Shown here: positions 11,536 to 23,850 of the stretch, in pieces
Position numbering within the stretch: position 1 is the stretch's first letter
Layout of the letters: each line of letters starts with the position of its first letter
From: Carcharhinus amblyrhynchos
Lineage: Eukaryota
Reading direction: 5' to 3'
NCBI GenBank assembly: GCA_965287045.1
Contig: OZ336891.1
Span: 42,284,001-42,348,000 of the forward strand
Length of the DNA: 64,000 bases
Notes under the pieces: model-generated
What the model was told of the DNA's origin: nothing
Seen by the model: the letters and a program-made list of their open reading frames with translations, nothing else
Database searches by the model: none
Program-made: the position numbers and the translations under genes

Positions 11536-12029
11536 TTAAGGTGAGTGGAACAGGGTAGGGGTAGGAAAACCCACCCACCCTTGGCCAATTGAAGCCTTTA
11601 AGTCGCCAATTTGAGCATGCTCCATAAAAATTGGCCCAACCAGTTCATGCCAGCATCGATGCTCCACCCAAGATTCCTCCTATTCTTTTTTATCTAACCC
11701 TATCATAATAACTATCTACTGTCTTGTCCCTCACATATGTTTATCTAACTTTGCCTTGAATGCATTTTATAGTATTCCTTTCAAGCTCACCCTGTGGCAG
11801 CGAGTTCCACATTCTCAACACTCACCGGATAAAGGATTTTTGATGATAACCATAGATCGATGAACTCCAGGTTTGATGTTTCCCAAAGGTATAAATGTTC
11901 TTTCTGTATTCACTTTATCAAAACCTTTCATAATCTTAAAGATTTCAGTTTGACTTTTCCTTGGCCTTCTCCTTTCCAGAGAAAAGAGATCTGGTCTGTT
12001 CATCCTTTCTTCATAACTTCAGATAAGAT

Positions 12030-12350
12030 GGCACGGTGGCACAGTGGTTAGCACTGCTGCCCCAGAGCACCAGGGACCTGGGTTCAATTCTGGCCTCAGG
12101 TCACTGTTTGTGTGGAGTTTGCACTTTCTCCCCATGTCTGCGTGTGTTTCCTCCAGCTACTCCAGTTTCCTCCCATAGTCCAAAGATGTGCAGGTTAGGG
12201 TGATTGGCCATGCTAAATTGAGGCTAGTGTCAGGGGATTAGCAGGGTAAGGATGTGGGGTTACGGAAATAGGGTCTGGGTGGAATTGTGGTCAGTGCAGA
12301 CTTGATGGGTCAAATGGCCTTCTTTCACACTGTAGGGATTCTATTCTATG
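12030..12350 (+). mobile_element. HE1 V-SINE, full length
   Basis: GGCACGGTGGCACAGTGGTTAGCACTGCTGCC head, V core, ATTCTATTCTATG tail. Confidence 0.93.
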
Positions 12351-12413
12351 AGAAACCATCCTTCTTGATTATTTTTGCACCCAATTCCAGTTGCCTTCTA
12401 CCTTGTTTTAGAA

Positions 12414-12493
12414 CTGGAGTCTCCAAACTACAGCCCATGTGCCACATTCGACCTGCAGCGGGCCACATCCAGATCGGAGTTTGGAGACCACTG
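12414..12493. mobile_element. 80-bp hAT (Charlie-like) MITE
   Basis: TIRs CTGGAGTCTCCAAACT / AGTTTGGAGACCACTG; perfect 8-bp TSD TTTTAGAA at 12406-12413 and 12494-12501. Confidence 0.88.
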
Positions 12494-12699
12494 TTTTAGA
12501 ATATTGAAACTGAAATTGTTCACAGCTCTTTAAATGTGGTCTAATTCAAGGTTAAATATAAATTCAGAATAACTTCTCTACTTTTCAATTCTGTCCCTCG
12601 AGAAACTAATTCTAGGGATTCTTTGACTTTTGTTGTGGCCTTATTAACCTGTGCAGCTATATTCCATGAACGATGCATGTGTATACTTTGCTCATTTAG

Positions 12700-14030
12700 A
12701 GAAGAACATAAGAACTAGAAGTTGGGCATCCCGCCCCTCGAGCTGTTCCACCATTCAATAGAATCATGGTTAATCTCATCTTGGTCTCCTCTCCACCTTC
12801 CTGCCCACTCCCCATAACACTTCATCCCGCTGCTAATTAAAAGCCATCTAACTCCTTAATTAGTGTTCCGGCATCCATTGCACTCTGGAGTAGAATATTC
12901 CACAGATTCGCAGTGAATTAATTCCTCCTCATTTCTATTTTAAATCTGCCACCCCTTAGCCTAAAACTATGACCTCTCATTCTGGAATGTCCAACAAGGC
13001 TAAAGATCCATTCCACATTGACCCTCATCATCTCCAAATAGCTGATCGCGATTGACAGGTCGATCTCGGAGTCTCGAAAGATCGATTGTTATTGGCTGTT
13101 AAACCTCTGCCGAAAATGTGTGGAGCTCAGGGTTCTCGCGATGATGAGCGAATCAGCTCATTGGCTGCTGAATTGCGGGCGCCAAAACATGCAGGAAGCT
13201 GGGTGAAGACACAGGGCCGGATTTTACCATTTTGATTCTAAATGCTGAACCTCGGCGCAATTAAGATCCGATTGGAAACCTGTTCTCAGGTGCCCTCATA
13301 CACACCCAGTCTGGAAAAACAAAATGCGGATTTGGATTGCACAGTGGGCGGGGTTTATCGTGCCCGAAACACTGCGGCTCTGATCAGTGCTTTGAATCAC
13401 GCATGCACGCTGAAACAAAAATTTGAAAACGCTCCCCTGTCACTTCTCTCCCAGACCACAAAAAGCAGATAAAGTGGCCCAGGAGCAAAAAGCAGGAGCG
13501 ATGGCCCCTATAGATATTGCTCCCATCCCCATAACATAATCAAAACTGTACACAATACTCCAAGTGTGGCCTCACCAATGGCTTATACAACTGTAACATA
13601 ATGTCCCCAACTCCTATACTCAATGCCCTGACTCATGAAGGCCAATGTACTAAAAACCTTCTTCACCACCCTGTCTATCTGTGACATTACTTTCAACACA
13701 CTATGTACTTGTACTCCCAGGTCTCTCTGTTCCTCAACCTCCCCAGGGCCTTACCATTCACTGTATAAGTCCTACCCTGATTTGACTTTGCAAAGTGCAA
13801 CACCTCACACTCTGTATTAAAATCCATTTGCCAATCCTCTTTCCTAACTGACCAATTTTTGATAATATTCTTTACTATCACTGATACTCCTAACTTAGGA
13901 ATATCTGCAAACTTATATTCAGACCTGAATCATTTATACCAATAACGAATAACAAGGGTCCAACACCAACCCCTCAGGTACACCACAAGTCAAAGGCCTG
14001 CGGTCTGAGAAACAACCTTCCGACTCTCTG
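12700..14030 (-). mobile_element. CR1 fragments (12700-13020, 13540-14030) separated by CpG-rich DNA-transposon-like inserts
   Basis: Tail AGAACATAAGAAC; ORF 13693-13881 WQMDFNTECEVLHFAKSN; insert begins GGGCCGGATTTTACC at ~13214. Confidence 0.7.
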
Positions 14031-15594
14031 TCTCTTTTTGTCTTTTAACATGTCCCGAACATCAACTCCACTTGCCTTTATCTCCAATCTTTATCTGGGT
14101 GTAAATATTTTTGGATGATGCCCCTATAATGCACCTTTTGGTGTTTTATTACTGCAAACATGGAGCGATCTCATAACTATTCTGTGAGTGTCTAAAATAG
14201 CACTTGATAGTGGCCTGACTCCAGTTCCGAGCCTCGGCATTAGTGAGTTTTCTCATTAACAGTCATGCCAGGGGGCCCGGAGGCCATTGGAGCCCCAGTG
14301 TCTGTGGGGGGAGGGATGGGGTCTCCCAATGTGCTGGGAACCTTGTGAAATGATGCCTGAGCACTGGGAAGCGGGGCTCACTGGCAGGTTTAGGGTCCCC
14401 CAGTACCAGTGTACAACTCAGCACTCTCCAGAAGAGCGAGTGAGTGAGTGTGGGAAAATTGAAGCATGCTTGGGACTGGCATGGATCACTCCTGTTCGCT
14501 CACCATTACGATACTTAGTGTTTGTTTTTTGGGAGGATTCCACCCAATATCTTACATATCCAGCGGGAGGGTGGACAGGGCCTTAGACTACAGAATGTTT
14601 CATTCTGCAGGGAGCTTCTGCAATTTGCTGTGTACCATTCAGCTTAATGAATGAAAATCCATCCGTTACATTAAAGTGTGAAGATTATTATCTTCGTTTG
14701 CTTTGTTGATTAAAGCCAAGCTTATTTACACTGTGCACCCGGCCTCCGCTCAGTGCTTCAGCGTGAACTGAAGGAAGAAGATGATGAAGAAAGAATGACT
14801 TTTAAGCAGCTTTAACCGTGTCACGAGCGGTACTCTGGATACAGAGATGTGTGTGTACCTTTGGGAATGAGATGGGCACTCTTCCAATTGGCACATTAAA
14901 TCTACAGCAAAAGTGACAAATTGAGACGTTCACCGTGGCAGGTGCTAAAAGCAGCTACCACGCTAATAGCAGACAACAAACAGCGCTATCTGAATCATTA
15001 CCACATACTGCAGCAGTCTGAGGAAAGAAATAGCACCTCACAACCACTTACTAATCCGTTGGAGGAATCTGATGCTATAATTTAAAATGCCCAAGCTGCC
15101 TAGAGTCACAGAATGGTTAAAGCACAAGAGGCCATTTAGCCTATTGTGTCTTTGCGAGCTCTCTGCAAGAGCAATTTATCTAGTCCCACTATATATCATC
15201 TTTTCCCAATAGCCCTGTATTTATTTACATTCTCTTCAGGTGTTTATCCAGTTACCTTCTGAGAGCAGGGATTGAATCTGCCTTCACCACTTTCTCAGGC
15301 TGCAGGTTCTGGATCTTAACCACTCACTGCATCAAAAGTTTTTTTTCCTCATCTCCTCTTTGCTGCTTCAGTCAATCGCTACAAATCAGTGTCATCTCAT
15401 CCCCACTATTAACACCTCTCTATCTACTCTTGTTGCTTCCTCATGGTTTTGAACACTTTGATCAAGTCTCCTCTCTGTTCTCTGTCCAAGGAGAAAAATA
15501 ACTGCTCTTTCAACCTATCCATGTCGGGTGGGGCAGCACAATGGCACAGTGGTTAACATTGCTATCTCATAGTGCCAGGAACTCGTGTTCAATT

Positions 15595-16620
15595 GGCACT
15601 GTGGACCATCAGGAGTTGTCAAATTGGCACTGAGGTGCTGGCTGAATGGGGCTTTCTTATCTTTGAATGCCTCAGCATTGATGTTCCTGCAGCATTCTTT
15701 CCATTGCTGTCACTGCTTTGGGGCTACACTGATGTTAATAATAGAGCAGATTAGACAGTGGTCCATCCATCAGTCACAGCTCCTGTCAGGACACGGGTGA
15801 CACACGTAACCTTGCAATCCCTGGCTCAGACAATGATGTAGCTGAGCAGGTGCTAGTGCTTGGAGTGAGGGTGTTGCTGTGAGGCTCTGTACTTGTCTCT
15901 CTGACTGAATGAGGTGTTGTTTATGATGAGGCCTTGTCCTGGGCATTTTGTCAGGAGCACAGTATCATTGGTGTAGGATTTCCGCATCCCCTGTCTGCCG
16001 ATTACACCTCCCCAGAGGTCAGTCCTTCTCCTCTCTGGCATTGAAGTCACCAAAGAGGATCAGCTTGTCACCTATTGAGACTCAGGCCAAAGATTGTTCA
16101 AGACTGGAATAAAATTCCTTTTTGAATTCCAGTGTTGGGTTGTATGCACTGAGGGCCGCAACGTACTGGGCTCTGGGCGAGTGTGAGATGAAGGGTCATG
16201 AGGACATTTGTTTATCCCACAAGAGGAGTCTCCGGATGATCAGTTGGTTTGTTTTTAATGATGAAGCCAAACCTGTGGAGAGGTGATCTTCTCCTGGTTT
16301 TGCCTTTCCAGAAGAAGGTGGAACCACCACTTTGTTCCTTTAGCTGATCTTTCCCTGCCCGCTGGGTCTTGTTTAGGGCAGTAATGTTACTGTCCAAATG
16401 CCAGAGTTCCCGGTAAGGATAACAGTACGTCCACCGTTCTGATCTGTCCCAAGGGGGATTGTCCATGGGGGTCTTGACAGTGCAAGTTCCCAGCTTCATT
16501 TTAATGGCTGGAAGGTGCCTCTGCGTGAGTTATTTTAACATGGGGGTGGACGTTACAACCCAGCTACCACATGGGTTTGATAGAGAAAAGCCTTGGTTCA
16601 GTGACAAGGGGGTCCAGATT
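15595..16620 (-). mobile_element. RTE-clade LINE, degenerate 5' part (endonuclease)
   Basis: MKLGTCTVKTPMDNP..DRSER (cf. RTE MKLGTWNVRTLMDN), FFWKGK, GFIIKN, WGGVIGRQG, LIINNTSF, HPHSKH. Confidence 0.85.
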
Positions 16621-16959
16621 GAATCTTCAAGACTGGACAGGGGGTGGGTGGGGGGCAGTGTGGGTGCAAGGGTGGGGGTGCGCAAGTGGCGGGCAGTCAC
16701 TGGTTGGATGATCGAAAGAGAAGTTTAAGAAGAAAGTTGATGGAAATGTTCCAATTTGGGAAAGATCTTCATCAAGCGCATACAGCAAACCCATTTCCCT
16801 TGGTCGGTAAGTTGTTGACTAATAAGCACCCAATTAAGGTACCTTTCAGAAAGCATCTTTATGCCTTTTGAAAGATAGAAGGCATAAGTTTGAATATTTT
16901 TCTTTAAACAGAAGGTAGATAGGTTAAGGATTGCCCGACTAGAAGTAATAATAGACACA

Positions 16960-17085
16960 GGCTGGAATTTTCCCATTCCACCTGCTACAGGAATCGTAGC
17001 AGGTGGGACACAGATCATGTACAGGTCTGTTGACTCAGGCAGGATTTTCCGGTCTTGGAGCAAGTGAGGCTGGAAAATCCCACCC
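16960..17085. mobile_element. PIF/Harbinger-type MITE
   Basis: TIRs GGCTGGAATTTTCC / GGAAAATCCCACCC; internal hairpin CCACCTGCTAC..GTAGCAGGTGG. Confidence 0.7.
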
Positions 17086-17096
17086 ACAGAGTCTAT

Positions 17097-17380
17097 GGTT
17101 TAAGTTTAAGTTTTTTTATTAGTATCACAAATAGGCTTACAATAACACTGCAATTAATTTACTGTGAAAATCCCTCAGTCTCAACACACTGGTGCCTGTT
17201 TGGGTGCACTGAGGGAGAATTTAGCATGGCCAATGCAACTGGAGCATCTGGAGGAAACCCACGTAGACACGGGGAGAATGTGCAGATTCCGCACAGACAA
17301 TGGCCCAAGCTGAGAATCGAACCGGGTTCCCTGGCGCTGAGAGGCAACAGTGCTAACCACTGTGCCACTGTGCTGCCCAC
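17097..17380 (-). mobile_element. V-SINE type B
   Basis: HE1 head and V core with tail ..ACTAATAAAAAAACTTAAACTTAAA on - strand. Confidence 0.9.
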
Positions 17381-19223
17381 ATTGTATTCTAAAGAAAAGT
17401 GAATAATGATTGGAAAAATAAATGAAATAATTTTCTGCACACACTTGGAGAGCTTTGTAAACCTAAGCAATTGCCAATTTAGCCCTGAGCGCTCTGGTAA
17501 GTGGAGTGAGTTTCTACAGGGACAGAGTGCACTTCATATCAAATAGAGAATGTTTCCTACGAATGTAATTTGGATGTCTTTAAGTATACTGATCTTCTTT
17601 TCTATTCCAAGAATGTAAAGTATTACTCAGAGCCTTTCTAAGAAAATGGCACCTTCCGCAAGAACAAGGTTACAGATCCCACCTCCTAGCCCACCATACA
17701 CACAAATCCTTAACAGGGACAAGGCAAGTCCATAGATTGTTTCAAAAAGAATTGAGTTACTTGGATTTATAAATAGGAGACTAAAATAGATCAATCGGAC
17801 ATGGTTGCGTCGATCGAATGCTGAGGCTTGAGGAGTTTTCTATCCCTGTGTCATGTGCTGTAGTTGCTGCTGCAATGGGACTTCATGTCCCTGATGTGGG
17901 TGCTAACTCTCCTCATACATCCACCCTACATCCGTGTTGCAGAACCCATGTTCACAGGTGAGGACTCAGGCATAAATGTCAAAGAGGCTGTTTGGATTTG
18001 CATCTGACCTCAATGGAATGGAATGGTATCTTGAAATACTTTCTTTTGGAAGTACCCCCACCAACTTGACTCTTAGATGGATTGGTCATGATAAGTTGCC
18101 CCTTAGTGTCGGGGGGACTTGCAGGATCCACACAGACAGCCACCCCAGGGCTGGAATTGAATCCAGGTCCCTGGTGTTGTGAGGCAGCAGAGCCAATTGA
18201 ACCATCATGCCTCCCACTTAACACCGAATACTTTACACTATGGCTGGACCAGTGATTGCCAATTCTTCCCTTTATACTGATGTTATGATGTCAGGTGAGT
18301 CCTCACTGACTTACTGCTGTGTAGTCACCTTCTTTACCTTGCTACTTACCTTTACCTTGGCAACCTGGCATTACATTTGAAAGATCTTTTTTTAAATGCC
18401 TTTCAAATTACTTTAATTGGTTCATCCATGGAGGTTTACTGGAAATCAGTGCCTTGGAAATCAGGAGCGAGCCAGGAAAATGTTGGGATAGAGTCACAGA
18501 AGTTTACAATATGGAAACAGGCCCTTCGGCCCGACTTGTCCATGCCATCCCGGGGAGATGGCCAACATCTTCATTCGCAGATTTACCAGCTGTCCCACAT
18601 CTGATCCAGTCTCCAACTGCCTGGGAAAATCCCGCTCTTTCTCCAAATTCCTTCTGTCTGTTATCATGTTCAAACTTATCTCTTCAGACCTGACTGGGGA
18701 GGGAACCAGTTTCCAGGAGCATTTTGGAGTCATTAGAGGAAGATTTATTAAGCAACAATTGGCTCATTTACAAACATCTCTGATTGCTACACTTTCCCAG
18801 TTATCTTGCCAGTGTTGCTTTTGTAGAAATTAAGTCATTAATCCTTCCAGTTTTCAAGATACGTGACAACTTTTGTGCGATGGAGTGGTTGATTTTCTGT
18901 TAACAATTAAGTTATTAAATAACTTCAAGGAAACACTGAATCCCAGGGCATATTCAACTTCATAATATTCTAGGAAGCAATTCAAAACAGCGCTGTGTAA
19001 GATGATGGATAATTATCAATTAGTTCCAGAGCAGTAATTCCACTGATGCTTTCAATGATTGAAGTGTTGGGTGCAAAGTTCAAGTGGTTTATGAATGTCA
19101 CTGAGGCTCCATAGGCTTTATTGCATTTTAATTGACTCACTGTTGTTTCTTTGTTACTATCAATGTGCATTAATAACTCATTATAAAGGAAGCATGCAGA
19201 TGATACAGTGCTAATACAAAATG

Positions 19224-19470
19224 CACAGTAAGAAGCCTCACAACACCAGGATAAAGTCCAACAGGTTTATTTGGTAGCATGAGCTTTCACAGCGCTGCCC
19301 CTCATCTGACGAAGGGCCATGCTCCAAAAGCTCGTGCTACCAAACAAACCTATTGGACTTTAACCTGGTGTTGTGAAGCTTCTCACTGTGTCAACGCTTG
19401 GCCTTTTTTTTGGTAAGATTTATATACATATATAGATGGCAGCCCAGTCCAACGCCAGCATCTCCACATC
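19224..19470. mobile_element. Short Penelope-type foldback element with hammerhead motif
   Basis: Inverted arms CACAGTAAGAAG..CACAACACCAGG / CCTGGTGTTGTGA..CTCACTGTG around CTGACGAAGGGCCATGCTCCAAAAGCTCGTG; same CCAACGCCAGCATCTCCACATC terminus. Confidence 0.82.
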
Positions 19471-19679
19471 ACAAGATACATAGATCTAATATGCACTATA
19501 CAGTACAATTAAGTAATTTGTACCACAAATACATTTTAATTGCACAATTACATAATATAGAGCACTAACAAACAGATGGTATCCTGAACCCAAGTTCACC
19601 AACTGCAAGGTTGCCAACAAGGGCTCAAGATCTAGAAGTCCTAGTTCTTGCCAGCAAGAACACGATTTCAGATTATTTG

Positions 19680-20430
19680 CCCCCCCCCCCGACCCACTCA
19701 CCCCACCGCTCCCCCCCCCCAAATCTCGCCAGTGACGTCATGAGGTTCACAGCTATAACAGGCATGAACCTGTTTACATGGATTTCCATTCTTTTCAATA
19801 TTATTAACCCGCCCTCTTGCCAGATATTGACCATCCACCATATCTTCAAACCGCACCAATGTGATATCACGCTGGCATGTTTTATAACATGTTCACAACA
19901 GGCATGAACCCATCGTGGGGTCTCCCCAAGAGCATAAAGGTAAGTTTGGCTCTCTCGGGGAGAGAGACATAGCCAATGGTGGCCTGGCAATGCCCCCTGA
20001 CACTGTCCCTTGGCACAGGTTGACACTGCCAGGTTACCGCCATGCCCATGACACCCTGGCAGTGCCAACCTGGCAGTGCCAACCTGTGGCAATGTGCAGA
20101 CTCCAGTGGGAAATACATGGGGGCAGGGGAAATCCATACAGGCATGGTTATGGGCTGAAAGCAGACAGATGAACGGCGGGGGGGGGGTGCCAGCGATGGT
20201 CATTTGTTGTGGAGGAGGGGGGGGATCGGAGTGAATGCTGGCTCTGATGGGCATGGAGAGGCAAGTCCCTGAGGCATCCATGATGAGGTGGGGGAATGAT
20301 TATTGCTGCTCTATTGGGGCACCCTTAAACATGGCAGCCCAATCTCTAACCAGCTGGATTTTGCTAGAGTGTTTTTCTTCTCCCCTCCTCGTGGCCCTAT
20401 ATGATGGTATGAATCACATCCCTCTGATTT
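19680..20430. repeat. GC-rich DNA-transposon-like (Harbinger-type) remnant rich in TGGCAGTGCCA; related tracts at ~21560-21960, 22070-22990, 24300-25400, 53330-53880
   Basis: Recurring GGCAGTGCCA/TGGCAC motifs and ATGCATATTTAAAT-like blocks; no ORF homology recognised. Confidence 0.45.
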
Positions 20431-20564
20431 TCTTTTCAGCAGAGTGTGGTAGAATCAGAAAAGAACATTAACTGGTTTCTCTGGACACAAGCACCAACTG
20501 TTTTGTCACCAGGAACAACACTTGTCTCTTTTTTGGGAAGATTTATACCTATACAGCAAAAATA

Positions 20565-21555
20565 CTGGATAGAAAACTGGTTGTCAGACAGGAAACAAAG
20601 AGTAGAAATAAACAGGATATTTTCCAAGTTCAGACAGTGACTAGTGGGGTATCACAGGATTCCAATTATTCACTTGATATATTAATGATTTAGATGAGGG
20701 AATTAAATGTAACATCTCCAAATTTGCAGATGACAGGAAGTGGGTGGCAGGGTGAGTTGTCAGGAGGATATGAAGATCTTTCAGTGTGATTTGGACAAGT
20801 TGAGCGAGTGGGCAAATGCATGGCAGATACAGTATAATGTGTATAAATGTGGGCTTATCCACTTTGATAGCAAAAACAGGAAGGCATATTATTATCTGAA
20901 TGATGAGAGATTGAGAGAGGGGAGGGTGCAATGAGACCTGGTTGCCCTTGCTTACTAGTCGCTGAAGGTAAACGTGCAAATGCAGCAGGTGGTAAAGAAG
21001 GCAAATGGTATATTGGGCATCATAGCTAGAGGATTTGAGTACAGGAACAGGAATGTCTTTCTACAGTTATGATGTGGAGATGCCGGCGTTGGACTGGGGT
21101 AAACACAGTAAGAAGTCTCACAACACCAGGTTAGAATCCAGCCAGTTTATTTGATAGTAATCCCACAAGCTTTCAGAAACGGTGTTCTTTCATCAGGTGT
21201 GTGGAAGGTTCCAAGAGAACTTGGAAGGATGTTCTTGCTATAGAGGTAGTTCAGGGAAGGTTTATCAGGCTGATCCCTGGGATGGCAGGACTGAGTTGGT
21301 TAGGATTGTATTTGCTGGAGTTTCGAAGAATGAGGTGAGGGGATTTCATAGACATCAATAAAATTCTAAAAAGACTAGACTGGGTAGATTCAGGAAGGAT
21401 ATTCCTGATGGTGGGGGTGTCCAGAACCAGTAGTTACAGTGTAAAGATATGGGGTAAACTTTTTAGGACAGAGATGAGGAGAAATTTGTTCACCCAGAGA
21501 GTGGCGAACCTGTGGAATTTGTTACCACAGAAAGTAGCTGAAGCCAAAATATTGT
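20565..21555 (+). mobile_element. Degenerate CR1 RT fragment, interrupted by a Penelope pLTR
   Basis: WIENWLSDRKQRV, INDLDEG..SKFADD, WANAWQIQYNV.KC, FTQRVANLWNLLP. Confidence 0.9.
21071..21205 (-). mobile_element. Penelope pLTR end with intact hammerhead core boxes
   Basis: - strand: CAC-CTGATGA-AAGAACACCGTTTCT-GAAA-GCTT-GTG followed by the family terminus ..GCATCTCCACATC. Confidence 0.8.
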
Positions 21556-23220
21556 GGTGGCGATCTTGTCGGCTCATCACGTTGGTTGATTGGCGTGGCA
21601 AATTAAGAAGATCATGAGAGAAGCAAAAAAACTGTCCGGGGGCACTGCCTAGCCTTGCCGCCGATGGCCCAAGGGCTTTAATGGGTGAGGCCATCACATC
21701 GGGTTCCTATTGGTGGGCACCATATGTGATCCATGCCGGCGAGGACCTCCAGCACCAAGACCAGAAAGCTGAGTGATTCCCGGGCTATTGCATCCCAGGC
21801 TCACAAATAATATTGAAAGGATCTAATGCATATTTAAATCAACCTCATGCTCTTCCTGGGCAGAAGACTGGTTCTGATGGCAGAATGGGGCTTCCCATAT
21901 TGGGAGAAGCAAGAAATTGGTTGCAAGCTCGCTTTCTCGCCTCTTGTTCAGATTTCCCGCTCCACTACGCTACTCGATTAATGTATTTGTGCTAGATAGT
22001 GTGTATTAGATATATACAATATACAGCACTGGTACCACACTATATGGTACTAATGAATACACAATATACAATGGGCTTGACATCACCAGCGAGGAGTGGA
22101 GAAAATCAGGAAATGTGGGGAGTGCGGGATTCATTAGCCCCATTCACCAATAGTGGGAATCCCGATTGCCCACTGAATTAGGCATAGGAATTAAAAACTG
22201 GATCCCTACCGGGCATGAGGGCTCTCGGGATTCTCCTGACCCGCCCTGCCAGCCCCAATCAGTCTCCTACCCATAGCAGGTGGCAACCCGATTTATATGC
22301 ACATCCACTAATTGTAATAAAATTAGCAGGTTCGACAGTCTATTCACTGCCCCCCACAATGGGAACTGTGATGGGCGGGCTTTGGTGCTGGTAATGACCA
22401 GCATGGACCTGGCACATAAGACCCCAAGGGTCCAGGGGAGCACCACCAAGCTCTCACCAAAAGAGGGGAACCTCCCCCTCAACACTCACATAAGGGGTCA
22501 CCCCACCCACACATCACGCAGGCATGAGAGTGCCCTGACACACCTCCCATTCAGGCCCCCTTTCCCTCAGATCCTCACTCATCCACTTCCTCAGGCCCCC
22601 TTCAGGCCCACTTTCAGATACTTGCTCCCTCAGACCCTCATTCAGGCCCCCTTTTAGACCCTCTATCAGGCCACGTGCCTTGGCAGTGCCAACAGTGCAC
22701 TGCCCCTGGCACCCCGACACTGACATCCTGGCCTGGTGTCTTACGCCCTGAAGGAGGGTCAATGAAGTAAGGACCATTTTCCCTCTGCCGTGACCAAGCC
22801 AAAGAGGAAGGGTCCCTCAGTGTCCTGGGTTCTGGGTGGACTCAGCTGGGGACAGGGCAAGGGGATAATCTTGCCACTCTCCCCTGGGATGGGGGTCTCA
22901 TGGCTGGACTCCCCCTTCAAGCACTGGCAGACCTGAAGGTCACCCCTGTCATTGTGATTTCAGACAGCCCTGCGATTAACATCTTCATTCCTATCTGTCA
23001 GTTGTGAAAAGTCTGAAGTGGCCAGGTCACTTTAATCTCCATCTCCCCCCCCTCCCCACCAATACCCCCGCCCCACCTCCCTAGACACCTGGCAGTGTTT
23101 AATATCACTGCAGAACTCCATCCTGTAGCAGAGATTTCCCTTCCTTTCTGTCCAAAGCCGCAGGTGTGAGCAGACTCCTTTAAAGTCCGAGAATAGTTCC
23201 ATTTTCCAAACCTGTGCACT

Positions 23221-23850
23221 CAAAGAACGAAGAACAACACAGCACGGGAAACAGGCCCTTCGGCCCAACGAGCCCCCGTCGCCATTTCAACATTGTGAGT
23301 CCCCTCTCCACCCATGACCCTTGTCTACGTTTATGGCACTCCACATTGGAGACCAGATTGAGGGAAGACTAATTTAGGGACAATTTGTTACACCAATCAG
23401 CCTAAAAGCACATCTTTGGGGTGTGGGAGGAAACCGGAGCACCCGGAGGAAACCCACGCAAGCACGGGGAGAATGTGCAAACTCCCACAGACACAGGCCC
23501 AAATCCATGTGTCTGCACAGCAAACAGTGATAATCACTGAGCTGTCGTGTTGCCCAGCATCTTGTCCAGTTTAAGTGTACACTAACGACGTGAAGCACTA
23601 GGCTACTCTTGAAACATCCAAGAGCAGCCCTTGTACGACCTATCGTGTGTATGCCCCTTGTTGGACAACAAGACGGACTGAAACACCTGTGGATTAAAAG
23701 AGAAAAACATCAATAACATGCACATCCTTATACAAACATTCAAGGGGATCCCCAGAAGCTCAAAAGTAAAACAAGTGAGTCAGAAAATATGTTGGAAGGT
23801 CCATAGGAATCAATTGGGCGTCCCAAGGCTCCTGAACTTTATTTAAAACA
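23221..23850 (-). mobile_element. Chimeric CR1-remnant + V-core element
   Basis: Strongly similar to 50420-50805 over ~380 bp; - strand shows CR1-like traces (KVQ..LIP, ACAAGGGGCAT ~TRGH, HVVSV, KLDKML), then V core and TTCTTTG tail. Confidence 0.75.

Larger units (their letters stand above)
11625..12680 (-). mobile_element. Old CR1 fragment with nested HE1 SINE and hAT MITE
   Basis: ORF 11815-12003 LFSLERRR....EIFKIMKGFDKV; continues beyond 12350. Confidence 0.75.

Noticed and set aside
12030-12100. tRNA-like sequences with A/B boxes
   Set aside because: They are SINE heads followed by V core and LINE tail, not tRNA genes.
18587-18689. Minus-strand exon candidate (SEEISLNMITDRRNLEKERDFP...)
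   Set aside because: Splice sites only moderate, no recognisable protein, and it does not join in frame with the 14859-14901 candidate.
19673-20281. 202-aa minus-strand ORF
   Set aside because: Lies in a GC-rich repeat remnant; no domain or splice support.
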